Below are positions 1 to 12,830 of a stretch of DNA of 64,000 nucleotides, piece after piece (within the stretch, counting starts at the first letter, position 1; each line of letters starts with the position of its first letter). Origin of the DNA: Carcharhinus longimanus (taxonomy: Eukaryota). The notes under the pieces are model-generated. The model did not search any database and was not told the origin of the DNA. It saw nothing but the letters and a program-made list of their open reading frames with translations. The translations under genes were made by a program, and so were the position numbers. Location of the stretch: contig JASCQW010000072.1 in assembly GCA_030264375.1 (NCBI GenBank), positions 88,936,022 through 89,000,021 of the forward strand. The letters are read 5' to 3'.

Positions 1-429
1 AAGAGTGACGATGAAACAGTCAATGTTGTAAAACACCATCTGGTTTATTAATAACTTGTACGGAATCTGCCATCCTTTCCTGGTCTGGCCTACCAGTGAC
101 TCCTGATTAATAGCAGGTTCTCTGAAATGGCCTAGATGGACCTCAAGTTCGACCATCCCACTGCAGAAAGATTATAGCAGTTTACCACCTTTTCAAGGGC
201 AAGTAGGGATAGGCAACAAATGCTGGCTCTGTCAGCAACACCCATATCCCATGGAAGATCAATGGAAAAAATATTTAAATTCTATATTTACCTTTTGAGA
301 TTAATTTTAACTAACCTAACTGCAACAATTTAAAGTTAGAGTTCTGTGTGTTTAGGTAGAATGCATCCATGTTTTCTGAATGGGAGCCCAAGTATCAGGA
401 TACCACAAACTACTTTACGGTTAATGAAT

Positions 430-670
430 GATTTTAGAAGCACAGTCACTGCTATGAAGAGGTAAATCCAGAAGTCAGGTTGTACACAGCAAGGTCACAG
501 AAATAGCAAACGAATGACTAGGGAATCAGCTTTGGTAGCACAGACAAAGGGACAATGTTGGTCACGATGCAGGAAGCACTTCAATTCATCAGTACATCCA
601 AGGTATTTTGCAAGCACCTGAGATGGCAGACCTGGCCTCAGTCTGTGTCGAATCAAAAAAGCTTTGGGTG
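430..670 (-). mobile_element. Ancient DeuSINE-like (AmnSINE/SacSINE-related) remnant
   Basis: cacctgagatggcagacctggcctcagt resembles the reverse of the Deu domain as recalled; not verified by alignment. Confidence 0.45.
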
Positions 671-1821
671 GGGGCCATCTTACCAAAAAAAAATTCTAAA
701 TGCCAAACGAGTGTGAAAATGCAAGAGAATCATGCTTTTTTTTGGGCGAGATAAAAATCAAACCTTACCTAACTTTGTTAAAAATATTCAACCAAATTTT
801 GTTTCTTGCCAGCAGGGACAGGGGAGCTGGGCACAGCTTGCCAGAAAGCCAGCAAAGGCTGCCATTGCACATGTATAATGTGACTACCTCCCCAGCTATC
901 ATTGGCTTGCAAGGCCAACCGCGGGCGNNNNNNNNNNNNNNNNNNNNNNNNNNNNNNNNNNNNNNNNNNNNNNNNNNNNNNNNNNNNNNNNNNNNNNNNN
1001 NNNNNNNNNNNNNNNNNNNNNNNNNNNTGCAAGGCCAACCGCTCCCCCCCTCTCCCCCGATGCCAATAGCCCCTGCCTCCCCACCCCCCCCCTCCCCCCC
1101 GCCACCCCAATGCCAATAGTCCTTGCCTCCACAACTAAAACAGTGTCCAACATTAGATATGATTCCGCGATTGGATAACAGATGCAAAATAATCCTCAGT
1201 GTGCTAGAAATATGCCAACAACCAATTTAAGATTATCAGTCACACAGACGGTGTGGCGCATTTATGTATATTGGAAGCAACATATATTAATACACAGGGT
1301 CTTGTCCTCTGCAGAGAGACAGGACATGTATATATATTGTGCCTGCTTCAGCTTAACAAAATATGTTATGGTCATTCACTGGCTCATTCATCAGGGCAAT
1401 ACCATAGCCTGTTCCTGTGCTGTAATTTTTTTTGTTCTTTGTTCTAAAAGCTTCAACAAAACTTTTCATTTTCAGCAATATTCAAGTTCTGTACTACCAA
1501 ATGACTATTTGCATCTATTTATTATTTATAGATATATTATATCTATATTTATTATACCTATATTATGTTTATTATTTAAAAACTATACCACTGCATAGTA
1601 TTAGCATCATATTTTATGTTTTGTCATGTTGAGTTTGAGCGAATTATAATTTATACCTTTACAACTGAGAGAGTGTTTCAGGTTTGATTTTGACTATTTG
1701 AAAATGACATTCACAGTTAACAATCAAATTTACATGCAGCTGCTGTCAAGTTAACTTGATAAAAAGCAAGACTAGGATAAATTACCTAACTTCTTGCAGA
1801 CACCAGTTGATCATTACTTAC

Positions 1822-1905
1822 CTGATTTTGGTACTGAAACTTGTTGGACATATGCTGCAGAACCATCCTCTAGTTGAATCACTTGACCATCAACTAACTT
1901 CCCAT
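1822..1905 (-). CDS. ZNF143: ZNF143/Staf third coding exon (84 nt), DGKLVDGQVIQLEDGSAAYVQQVSVPKS
   Basis: tttcag acceptor and gtaagt donor, phase 1/1; translation matches the VQLEDGS/TxAY repeats of the ZNF143 activation domain. Gene continues beyond the left edge. Confidence 0.96.
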
Positions 1906-2058
1906 CTGAAACAAATCAAATATATCTCATCATATTGGAAAGTGCAGATTCTTTCAAGCACCCAGTAAGTAAATCTACCTGTGTTTGCATTGCTGAGCTA
2001 TACAGTTCTGGAAGGTTCCAGGTACTAACCCTGCTCATGTCTGTTTTACCTGATACCA

Positions 2059-2272
2059 TGATGTGGATGTGCCGGCGTTGGACTGGGGTAAACACAGTAA
2101 AAAGTCTGACAACACAGGTTTTCTGTAAACTGTCTGTGCTTTATATGCTCTGTCTGAGGCCAGAACTCTCCATTCACCTGACGAAGGGACTAACCCGAAA
2201 GCTTGTGCGTTTACTATCAAATAAATCGGTTGGACTAAAACCTGGTGTTGTCAGACTTTTTACTGTGTTTAC
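2059..2272 (+). mobile_element. Penelope-like non-autonomous element with inverted ends and hammerhead motif
   Basis: Inverted repeat about 2087-2118 vs 2241-2272; CTGACGA-A-GGG-actaa-CCC-GAAA at 2178-2200; flanking 14-bp direct repeat tttacctgatacca (2045-2058, 2268-2281). Confidence 0.7.
2175..2207 (+). ncRNA. Minimal type I hammerhead ribozyme-like motif
   Basis: Stem I CAC/GTG, core CTGACGA and GAAA, stem II GGG/CCC, palindromic AGCT in place of stem III. Confidence 0.6.
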
Positions 2273-2805
2273 CTGATACCAGCCAGAGCAACAATAGGTT
2301 ATTAAAATTGGCCACAATATCCCGAGGCTAAGGTGAATGAAAGAAAATCAATTAGGCTTCTTATTCATGATCGATGATTCTGCTGGAAAGTTGGTGAAGG
2401 GAGAGAAGATCTCAGGTGTATTTTAATGCTCACTATTGTTAAATTATTGTTATATTCAGTGTGTAGACTAACTCAATCAGAGGCACTCAATGGCAGCAGG
2501 TGTCTGTAGAATTTGTATCCAGTACATCAACAGAGGAAGACTGAAAAGTGGACAAAAAGCATTAGTGGCAGTTGGGAGAGGTTTTGGGGCAGCAGTGATG
2601 AAGGAATGGGAAACACTTTTTAATATATAAACGACTGATACACATTTAGTTCCTAGAATGTTAAAAATCTTGTGTTTACCATCACGCTAAAACAAAGTTA
2701 GAGTTGTAAACAAAATTATGTCAAAAGGCTAAAATTAGGCAAAATACACATGGATTAAATAACAGAATTGCTGTACAATTAGAAATTCACCATGAAAGTC
2801 TACAC

Positions 2806-2898
2806 CTTTAGGATTGTGTTGAATATATGCTGTCGTCCCATCTGCAAGAGTAACAGCTTGTAAACTCACACCATCCATATTTTCTAGTCGATCACCAT
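2806..2898 (-). CDS. ZNF143: ZNF143 second coding exon (93 nt), [31 protein letters not shown]
   Basis: tttag acceptor and gtgtag donor, phase 1/1; near-identical to vertebrate ZNF143; visible inside ORF 2735..2983. Confidence 0.96.
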
Positions 2899-3182
2899 CT
2901 AAATTTAAAAAAAAACTAATTAAAGCAATTTTGTACAGAAATTCAACAATCTTCTCCCTACATATATCCACATAAATGCACACTCATACAGTAATAGAGT
3001 CATTGAGAAAAGGTTATTAGAAAAAACTAATCAGCAATGCTTACAAACACCTTGATTACAATGCATTACCACAACATTTGTGATTCTATACTCTCCCAAT
3101 AAAAAAAAGTTTTCTTTTCCCATTAGGTTGATCTTCACTAAAGAACATTACACTATTGTTGTCAGTGCCATTCTTAACATGG

Positions 3183-3351
3183 AGTCCAAAGGTGTGCAGG
3201 TTAGGGTGATTGGCCATGCTATAATAGACCCTAGCATCAGGGGATTAGCAGAGTAAATACATAGGGTTATGGGAATAGGGCCTGAATGGGGTTGTGGTTG
3301 GTGCAGACTCAATGGGCTGAATGGCCTTCTTCTGCACTGCAGGGATTCTGA
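3183..3351 (+). mobile_element. HE1-like SINE, 5'-truncated
   Basis: 3' half of the same family. Confidence 0.8.
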
Positions 3352-4998
3352 AAGGGTAGTGATAAGGATGTTGTGCTTACTAATTTCAAACACAAAGGGA
3401 AACTCAACATATTCCCTGGAATACTTCGCTGAAGTCAGGAATTTGCCATGTGGCAATCTACAATACATAAATCCGTAGTTTACCATGTCTTAGCAAAATG
3501 CCTTGAAGCGCAAAGCTATATCAATGTGGTGTCCTTTTAAATTTCAAAAATAAATTAATTTTGTGTTATGGTAGGGTTTTTCTCTTCTGTTCTGAGAACA
3601 CCTGAATTCGTCAACGCTATACAAAATTGTCTGCGACAATGTCTGCATAATTTACATAAACACTGACTAAAGCATCTGCTGATTACTACTGTCAGAACTT
3701 TCAATCATGTCATTACATGTAATTTCAAAGAGAGATTGTGAACATTTGAGGACTTTGAACAGCAAAGAATTGTCAGAAATGAGGGCAATGTCTTTTAATG
3801 AAGACATGTGCTTTAAGTTGACCCCAATTTTTCTTCACCACCCCCTCTTCCTTCACCAATAGTTGAATCAAACACAGATGTCAACAAATGATGGTGTTTT
3901 GCCTTTCTTCCTTTCACCTGTTCTCACAGTGGTGTTAACAGAATTGCCCAGGCAACTGGAAACAAATTTAAGAGAAAATGTTGCACGCATTACACTTGAA
4001 AGGACTCTATAATACCACAGAAAACAAGAAGACTGACACAAACATTGGGTTGGATTTTATGCAGTCCATCAGGAATCATGGCAGCCAGGTAATTTGAGTG
4101 TGTCCCTGTGTCAGTCTTCCGATGGTGGGAAAACCTTTCTTAATTAAGTCAGAGAGAACTACTAGCAATGGGTTTTCAGCTTGTCTCATTAATAAACCGA
4201 CTGACATCTATTAACATTAATCCATTGCAATTTAGTGGTGGTTCAGGGATTAAACAGAGGCCTCATTGGTCTCCATACCCTTGGAATGTCGCTCAAGAAA
4301 AGCTATCGGGTTTGCCAGTGGCCTTACAGAACGGAGTGTGGAAGGTCTCTTGTTATGAAAAACTCTGTGCTCAAACAAGGGACCTGGCAATGGCTGTGGA
4401 AAGACATCCTTTCCACTCTTGCTTCTGACACTGCATCCTCCCCTCCCATGACCCCCACCCCACCTTCACATACCTGTGGCTTAGGGTTTCTCCACAATTC
4501 TGAAGCTCAGGTTGGTGCAGCGCCACCAGCAGGCACTGTTCCCATTGGTATGGGCAGCATGAAGAGCTGCAGGCCTTTGACTGGAGCTCTCAGCAGGTTG
4601 GGACCTCCATCACAGGTAAAGCCCCATGACAGCCAATTAAGTGCCCAAAGGATACCTGATTCCACGGGCCTCCCTTGAGAGTTTCCAAAAGTTTGATGAT
4701 CAGTGGGTGTCACCACTGTTGGCCAAGCAAATACCCAGCCATCTCTTTCAACCATACAGCCAAAAATTGTGAAATTAAGTGAATAATATTAAACGGACAG
4801 AAATCACCTGGCTTCATTCAGTAATTTCTGTTTACTTTGTAAGCTGTTGCTACAGTAGTTATTTAAGAAAACTCCATGCTATTTATGGAAGTTGCCACCT
4901 ATTCTTCCAAATCATTGGAGTGAACCTCAAAAATGTTCAAATAATGGATCAAAATACAAACCGGAACAGAATAAAGATCAATAATTGTAGTGATTTAC

Positions 4999-5107
4999 CT
5001 GTTACCGCTACAGCTTCTGTTAGGCACAGTGTGACATGCTGACCATCACCTACTCCCTGGAACTCAGCCATACTTTGGGTTTCTCTGTTTATCTGTGCCA
5101 ATAACAT
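4999..5107 (-). CDS. ZNF143: ZNF143 first canonical coding exon, [36 protein letters not shown] (exon begins at 5109)
   Basis: ttattag|AT ATG acceptor, gtaaat donor; MLLAQINR...[11 protein letters not shown] is the ZNF143 N-terminus; missed by the ORF track. Confidence 0.96.
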
Positions 5108-5845
5108 ATCTAATAAAATGACATTTGATTAGAGTTAATGGGCGTCACCCACTTCCAGCAAGAAACAACACATCAACACAAGTAGTCAACGAAAAACAAA
5201 GTGTACATTTCTGTTAAAATTATCGTGAGATAGTAATACATCAATTAGTGGGAATAAAATGGTATTTTGAAATATTATAAAGATAAAACAGTTTGCAAAA
5301 TCTGCAGTTTATTAGGTTTCAATTGTGGTTTAAAAAATCTGCTATTGCAAAATAAAACTGCTCACGTTGCAGTGTCTCATGCTACATATCATCATGTTCC
5401 ACTTTCTCTCTGAAACATTCCCACAATGTGAAATTGAACAGAGAGGAAATGGATATTAGAAGTAACAATCTAATAATATCAAAAAATAGCAGCTTTAATT
5501 CCCCACATGGCAAATAAATTCAGCTAAGCCATCAAGGGGACTATCGGGGCAGATGGTGAGGTGAGACATGGGTAAGGAAAAAAGAAATAGATGTATGAAA
5601 AGTTATACTAGGTATTCCTGCATATCACTTAGCAGTCAGCAGCACTGACAAGACAACTGTCCAACCTCAAGGGAACGGTATCTGCTGGGTGAGGTTACTT
5701 AGAGACATAGTACTGTATACAGAGCAACTTGACTTCCTTCAAATCATCAAAAACATAATTTGCAAATCTCACAAGTAGAAGAGGCCTTAATAATGTGCCA
5801 AATTGAATAATACTGTTTAAGTGAAATTCTTCTTTCAAAGTTTAT

Positions 5846-6577
5846 GGGGGTAGTTCTCCCACCCTGCTGTGCTGCTTTTGTAGCACAGAGGGTTGGGAGA
5901 TTCTGGCGGAGGCTACCTGCTGGGTGCCAAAGCCTCCGTGTGTCTCCAGCAGCCGGATTTCCGGCACAGAGCTGCATAAATTATGTTAATACTAATTTAC
6001 ATGTATTTTAAATATGATTAGCGGGCCCTGGACTGAAATTTCAGGGCCCGCTAGCCTCTCTCCACCCACCCCCCTCAACACCAGGAGTGGTTAACCCAAG
6101 CGGGTTTTAGTATAGCTCCCCACCTACGGGGAGCTGGCGGCCTGATCCTGCTAGAGTGAAGGGGAAATCAAGGCATCTCCATAAGGTCAGGCTCCAAGAG
6201 AAGTGTCCCTGGGCAATGCCACCTTGGCAGCACCAGCCTGGGTTCCTGACACAGTTCAACGAGCAAAGTACCAATGCCCAGGGGGTGAGGGTTTCGTAGG
6301 TCGCAGGGCTGGCCTGTGATGGAGCTGGCCAATGATCAGCAGACCAGTAATGTGGGGCTACTGCGCATCTGCCAATCTAGGCGCTGCCAGATCAGCATAT
6401 GCGCAGTGGCCTGCTCAGTACTATGCCTCTTCAGAGGGAATAGCCTCTACCCACTGATTTTTAACTGTGCACAGAGTGTGGGAGATCCATTTTGAAACAC
6501 CTGCTGAAAAGGCCAGGGTGATTTACTCCAATCTTTACGCAAATTCGATACTTCGAATTTTTTTGGGAGAATCGTCC
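5846..6577. mobile_element. GC-rich non-autonomous element with short imperfect TIRs
   Basis: Begins ggggtagttctccc and ends gggagaatcgtcc; sharp GC step. Similar GC-rich inserts at about 4047-4770 and 19293-19873. Confidence 0.5.
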
Positions 6578-7134
6578 ACTATATTTCCATATTGATGTTT
6601 TACACTTTGATCCCGTTTATTAATAACCGGCCTAACGCAATGTTACAATTGCTTTTAAAATAAATCTTCTTACAACAGCATCACTTCAATCTCATGCTCT
6701 CTGAAAAACATCAATAGCATCAAAATAAACTGTTCTGGCTTAACTGTCGTACAAACTTTTTAAAAATCTTTTAGACTTTTGTTTCAAAAGCTTCACCTAT
6801 TCCCAGCAAGAACACAACATCTTTGTAAAGACTAGCAGAGCAGTCACAGATTTGTTTTTATTGCTTGGAACCAGTGATAAATAATTCAACTCACAAACAT
6901 GGGGTTACTTTATGAAACAAATAAAGCAAGGGGCAACCTACATAATGTAATTTTTTATGCTTACTCAATTTCTTTGAATCATGCAACCTATTGCACATCG
7001 TTTTCCCGTAGCATTTTCTAATTTCCTTATTAACAACTTTTTGGTAGTTATATTCCATTTATGTAAAATAAGAATAAAAATTCCTTGGTTGTGAATTTTG
7101 GTGAAAAACAAGAGCTGTTGCTGAAAAGAGGTGA

Positions 7135-7520
7135 TGTGGCTGAAGCTTTTCATCTTGTACTCATCCGCACAAACACAACAATGCTGAATCTTAAATAATC
7201 ACAACAATTTATACATAGGGGAAAGGGTGATGATTGGTTGGTAAGTCGACTGATTGGCCAAGGCACTGCCATAGAGAAAGCAACAGGGAAACAAGCTTCC
7301 GGGAAATTCAAAAAAGGTGCAAAGCTTGAACGTTTTCCTTTTATTTGCAGATGAATGTATGTCACTTCTCACAAGCATAAAGAAGTACATTACGAACTTA
7401 ATTATCTTAAATTGCTTGTTATGATAGTAATTGGTTCAATCAAGATTGTTCAGTAAGTGCTGCCCAATCATAGAATCACATGTAACAGTAGACATTTTGT
7501 TTTCATTTCTGCAAGCTTAG
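7135..7520. mobile_element. Partial copy (left arm plus centre) of the second palindromic family
   Basis: gaagcttttcatcttgtactcatc...gattggttggtaagtcgac...gccatagagaa; ttatcttaaattg shared with the 11.3-kb copy. Confidence 0.6.
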
Positions 7521-8081
7521 ACAGGTTGATACAGTCTGAACTTTGCCTATTACTGAAGGAACATACAATTTGATTCAATCAGACATTTGCCAGGATATAC
7601 GATCAACATACCTGGCGTCACACTGGCACAGAAATTTCGAGTGTTATTCAATTGTGTGGTAAACAGGACTCCTTCTGTACTGACAACAGCAACCTGTTCA
7701 TACACATGTAACTGCTGCACAGTAGCAGCGTTAAACAGCTTTTTGAGTGGGTTTTTTTTCCACTGACAGATGCTGCATCAGTCTAAAAGGACACTCTTCC
7801 TCTCACAAAATCTTCTGGATGCAGACTGGCCTTAGCAATCACCTACGTGCCCACTGGAATGCTACCAAATACCACATGATCATCTTCACTTCGAAGAACA
7901 AACAAGAGATTGTGGGTGAACCTGGGACACAGTACGGCATTGGTTTAAGGCAGTGGCACACACCACCTTCTCAAGGGTAATTAGGGATGGGCAATAAATG
8001 CCACCACGCCAGCAATACTCTGATCACATTAATCTATTGTGAGGACCATATGCACCTTGCAGATGTCTGATATACTTATAA

Positions 8082-8393
8082 GGGTGCATCACACGGTAGC
8101 ACAGTGGTTAGCACTGCTACCTCGCAGTGTCAGGGACCTGGGTTCGAATCCCAGCTTGGGTCACTATCTGTGTGGAATCTGCACATTCTCTCCAAGTCTG
8201 CATGGGTTTCCTCCAGGCGCTCCAGGTTCCTCCCAACAGTCCAAAAGACGTGCTGGTTAAGTACACCGGCCATGCTAAATTCTCCCTCAGTGTACCCGAA
8301 CAGGTGCCAGAGTGTGGCGACTAGGGAATTTTCACAGTAACTTCATTGCAGTGATAATGTAAGCCTACTTGTGACACTAATAAATAAACTTTA
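8082..8393 (+). mobile_element. tRNA-derived HE1/V-SINE-like SINE, alternative-tail subfamily
   Basis: A box ggtagcacagtggtta, B box gggttcgaatccc, V-domain ctgcatgggtttcctcc. Confidence 0.85.
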
Positions 8394-9417
8394 ATTAATT
8401 AGAACTAAAGTCCAAGGCCTGGATTTTCAAGTTCATAACCACAACTCTTCATCCCAAGACTGACCAAATAGTTTCAAGTCTGACATAGTACATAGACTGA
8501 GTAAAAGACTGCTTCTGATTATTGGTAACTAACTTCTGCCAGGAAATAAGTATACATGAATAGTAGGTAAGGATCCAATTTGGTGATGGTGCATCCACAG
8601 AGGTTAAAAAGTCACTACCACCAACATGTGTTTGCATTACTCCCATTTTCATTGTGAAATAGAGGAGAAAGAAATATCAGAATGACAAATATGAGAAGGA
8701 CTTTATTTAGGAAACCACAGGACAAAAAACATGATTTCAACAATGGTTCAGCATTTGCTCCTAAAATAATGGGGGATTGAATGCTGTTGCCATTTTTGAG
8801 GTGTAAATCGACCAGATATTTCTGGCAGGAAGTGAATAGCAAATCACCATAAATTGCTGGGCAATTTATGCCGATCCACCATGAGCATCACAAAACATTC
8901 TTAATCTCTATGAACTTCATGAAGTTGCTGCACGTGGTATTAAACTTGCAAACAAAGTTTATGGCCAGCCCTGAAGAGCATAAGTAATTTTTTAACGTGG
9001 AGATTTATTTTACTGCAATGTCAACTATCAGTCCAGCTCAAAACTGTGGAGTTTCATTCTTACACTAGATTTTTTTAAAACTTACAATTTACTTTTTAAG
9101 TTGTCTTACTTTTTCCTTTCCACTTCTTTATTCACTCTCTTCTTAAAAAGTCCTCTAATTTATCTCTATGCACTTTGATTCTAATTCAACCACTCTAATC
9201 AATTTTCCTCTATCATTTACTCTGTAGCTTTCTCAATCCTAAATCTCATTGAAAATGCTTCATCCAAATGGAGTGGCAAAAATGTAACTACCCAGGCACA
9301 CCACGACATGCTCTGCTCCAGAAAAATCTGAGTCAATGGGTTAGAGACTACCGAAGAGAGTGGGGGAAGTTCCTAGGTGAAATGTTAACAGCAGCCTTCC
9401 CCAGCAGAGCAACTCCA

Positions 9418-9753
9418 TCACGGTACAGTAGCATAGTGGTTAGCACCGCTACTTCACAGCTCCAGGGACCCGAGTTCAATTCCCAGCTTGGGTCACTGTC
9501 TGTGTGGAGTTTGCACATTCTCATGTCTGCGTGGATTTCCTCCAGATGCTCTGGTTTCCTCCCACAGTCCAAAGATGTGCGGGTTAGGTTGATTGGCCAT
9601 GCTAAAATTGCCCCTTAGTGTACTAGGATGTTTAGGTTAGAGGGATTAGCGGGTAAAATATGTAGGGATATGGGGGTAGGGCCTGGGTGGGATTATGGTC
9701 GGTGCAGACTCGATGGGCCAAAGGGCCTCTTTCTGCACTGTAGCGTTCTATGA
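9418..9753 (+). mobile_element. HE1-like SINE, near full length
   Basis: A/B boxes, V-domain, CR1-like tail ...ggcctctttctgcactgtag..ttctatgat. Confidence 0.88.
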
Positions 9754-11084
9754 TGAATATCCATCACATCCATCACTTCTATGATGAATATCCAAATGTC
9801 CAGCCACTACTATTCACAATATATGATTATTTTATATGGATGTGAAGTGTGTTTTTAAGGGTCTTATGAGCATCAACTACCCTGAAGTTGTTCAGGTTTT
9901 TACATCTAGGTAATTTAAGGCCTTGTGGTTTGTGAACTACCTATTTCTCCTTTTGCCCAGGACTTCTGTTTAAGAATTAGAAGACAAGCAAAGATTGGGA
10001 GTCGTGGTACAAGGATACAAATTAATTGGAAAGTGCATCAAAGTGTTGAGCCAATATCAGTGCTTTTTTTCCTTTTACACCCTCCATTTTCTAGTTTTAT
10101 CCTTGAGCTTCTTTCTCTTAAAATTGCCGATTCTTTACTGGAATATGTAGTTCTCTCCTATCTTGTCCCAATAATCATTTTCCTTCATAAGTTAAGATGG
10201 TGCGTTAATGGATTGTGGTGGACATAAAGATCTCCATTACTGTACATATGTGTATATTAGAACACACAGACATTGAACAATCCTGGATATCTGGATAGTT
10301 TTTGAGGAAGAAATTTGGATTTTTCTTTCATCCCTATCCCAGGGATGCTGAATCCAGTGGGAGCCTCCATATTTCCACTTCAGCTAAGAGCTAACACAAT
10401 TTAAATCTGACCTTCTATTGTATGATCTGGCAATTATTTACGTAGTGATGTCGTCTTGTGTCCTCTTCCAAACGTACTTAATCACTTGCTCTTTTATCCT
10501 CCCCCTGTGCTTTTTGGTTTCTTGTATCTCCACAAAAGGATCAAGTGAACACACATTAGAATTACTTGAGAGATTCTCACTTCGTTCCTACCGCTAACTG
10601 ATGTTTGTAGCTCTTATTCTCAGGATGTGATGTTTGGATGGTGTGGCGATAACCAAGGGACAAAGTGTTATTGGAGGGCGGACCAAACACCTCCAATTGT
10701 TCTAGAATAATAATGATGGTAAATAGGATAAATATTTTCGGGACTGGGAATTATCTTTGGATAGCGGTGAACATTGTTGCAACAGATTTCATTCCTTTTG
10801 TCCAACAATCAACCTACCATCACCACCACCGTCACACCATGTGCAGCCCCCCCAACCCCCTCCAAAACCCCCTTAACCCCTGCAATCATCGAAATTCTAA
10901 ATAAAAATGATGAATTGCTTCCTTAGATATTCGGTTTCTTGTAAAAGCTCATCTTACTGGATGTTGCACTTTTAAACATCTGTTTTCAGCCTTTAGTGCT
11001 CTTGTGTTAGATCAATCTTGAATAAGTAATCTGAAAGGGAGAATTATATATTAATGAATTATCAAAATTAATTTGCAGTAAACA

Positions 11085-11600
11085 GGAGGAAAGGGTGCTG
11101 ATTGGTTGGCAGGTCGACACTGGTTGAGGCATTGCCATGGAGAAAGTGTGAAAGATCTATAGGTTCCATGGGCTCCTCTGTAATTCTGAAAGGACACAAG
11201 ACTTGCTCCTTTGCTTTATGGAAAACTGATGTCAGTGCATAAATGTATTTTGCTTCTGGCAAATGTAAATGAGCCACCTATGAGTTTGACTGATTATCTT
11301 AAATTGGTTGTTTGTGTAGCTATTAGTGAGCAATGTAGCTTATTTATATTTGCTGGAAGCAATACACATTCACTTGTCAGGGTACTGTTCTCTGCAAGCA
11401 AAAGAAATATGTTCAGTCCATTTTACTTTTTTTGAATTACGGAAGCTTGAAGAACCTACAATTCCCCACTGCCTTCTCCATGGCAACAACTCGCCCAATC
11501 AGATTCAACTTGCCAACCAGTTGGCATCCGCTTTTCTTGTAGTACAAAATATTGAGAATGGCTGAAATTTGGCTTTCCTGTTGAGTACAAGATAAAAAAT
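11085..11600. mobile_element. Longer member of the second palindromic family
   Basis: Arm gctgattggttggcaggtcgac...gccatggagaa (about 11097-11143) is inverted at about 11474-11528; central region homologous to 7300-7520. Confidence 0.62.
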
Positions 11601-12524
11601 ACCTCTGTCACAAACCTCTTGATGCATAACTTTAATATTACTGAACAATCATGACAATATTCATGAATTATGGCATAAGTTTGAGTAGCCTGTGGATAAA
11701 GATAATGTTACAATGCCAAGCAAAATGTTGCTGTACTTTGGAAAGTGTCAGCCTTCATGTATTTATGCATTCATAACAAGTAAACGAGTCACCAGCAAAT
11801 GTTCAAAGACTATACTACATACTATAATACATTTCAGCTTCTGCTGTATTGAATATTTCTTGTTTCTGCCTTCAAAAAAGTGATTTTATAATCCAGATGG
11901 TCACCCAAAGAAAAGATTAAAAGTGTGCATGACTGAAGTTAAGTGCAAAACCTACTTGGTACAGAGTTTATTAGCCAAGATTGAATTGAGTTTTCAGATG
12001 TGAATGTTTTTTTTGTTTGCCTGTCTAACATTGAGTCATCCTGCATTAGGATTGCTACAGTTCCATGTTCAGCGGGAAATGAATTATCAATCGCATGGCC
12101 TATTAATAGAGTATACAGGATGTGCTTCAAATTCACAATCCACATTGTTCTGCAGCAGAATTATCATAATTTTACAATGAAACCATTCCAGACTTTCAAA
12201 TGATTACATTCATACGCACCATGCGCATGCTTTTAATATGTATCAAATTTTTCTTGATGAGGACATCCTTTGCCCTTTTTTCATGTTCTATATCATCTTA
12301 CTAGGCTTTGATTGATGTCTTTTATGTATTGTGTGTTAATTTATGTTTGAAGAATTGAGAGAGCTGCTCAACCAAGCCAGTTCATGACTGTCACAAGGTT
12401 TTAGTTGAGCTCTTTCAAGGCTTCTCTGAACCCTTTCAGTATGTTGAACATTGTGTATATCATGGTGGATAGCAACAGGATCAGAAAGAACTTGATGCCA
12501 AAAGTCTCACAAATACAGTTGAGC

Positions 12525-12830
12525 TATGGTGACACAATGGCCTCGCAGCACCAGGGGCTTAGAGTTCAACATCCTCAGGTGACTCCATGTGGAGTTTGCG
12601 TGTCCTCCCCGTATCTGCATGGGTTTACATTGGGTGCTCCAGTTTTCTCCCACAGTCCAAAAATGTGTGGAGTAGGTTGATTGGCCATGCTAAATTGTCC
12701 CTTAGTGTCAGGGGGATTAGCAGTGTAAATAGGTAGGGTTATGGGGATTAGGCCTGGCTGGGATTGTTGTTGATGCAGCCTTGATAGGCTGACTGGCGCC
12801 TCTCTATACTGTAGGCAATCTCTGATTCTA
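12525..12830 (+). mobile_element. HE1-like SINE
   Basis: Homologous to 9418-9753. Confidence 0.8.

Noticed and set aside
700-1187. Pro/Gly-rich ORFs and a duplicated tgcaaggccaaccgc around the first gap
   Set aside because: ORFs run through Ns and low-complexity C-runs; the duplication flanks the gap and is probably contig overlap
1-1821. Next ZNF143 exon (LEDGQAVQLEDGTTAF-like)
   Set aside because: Not found on the minus strand; presumably beyond the left edge or in the gap
8090-8160. tRNA-like A/B boxes
   Set aside because: SINE heads; no complete cloverleaf or Pol III terminator
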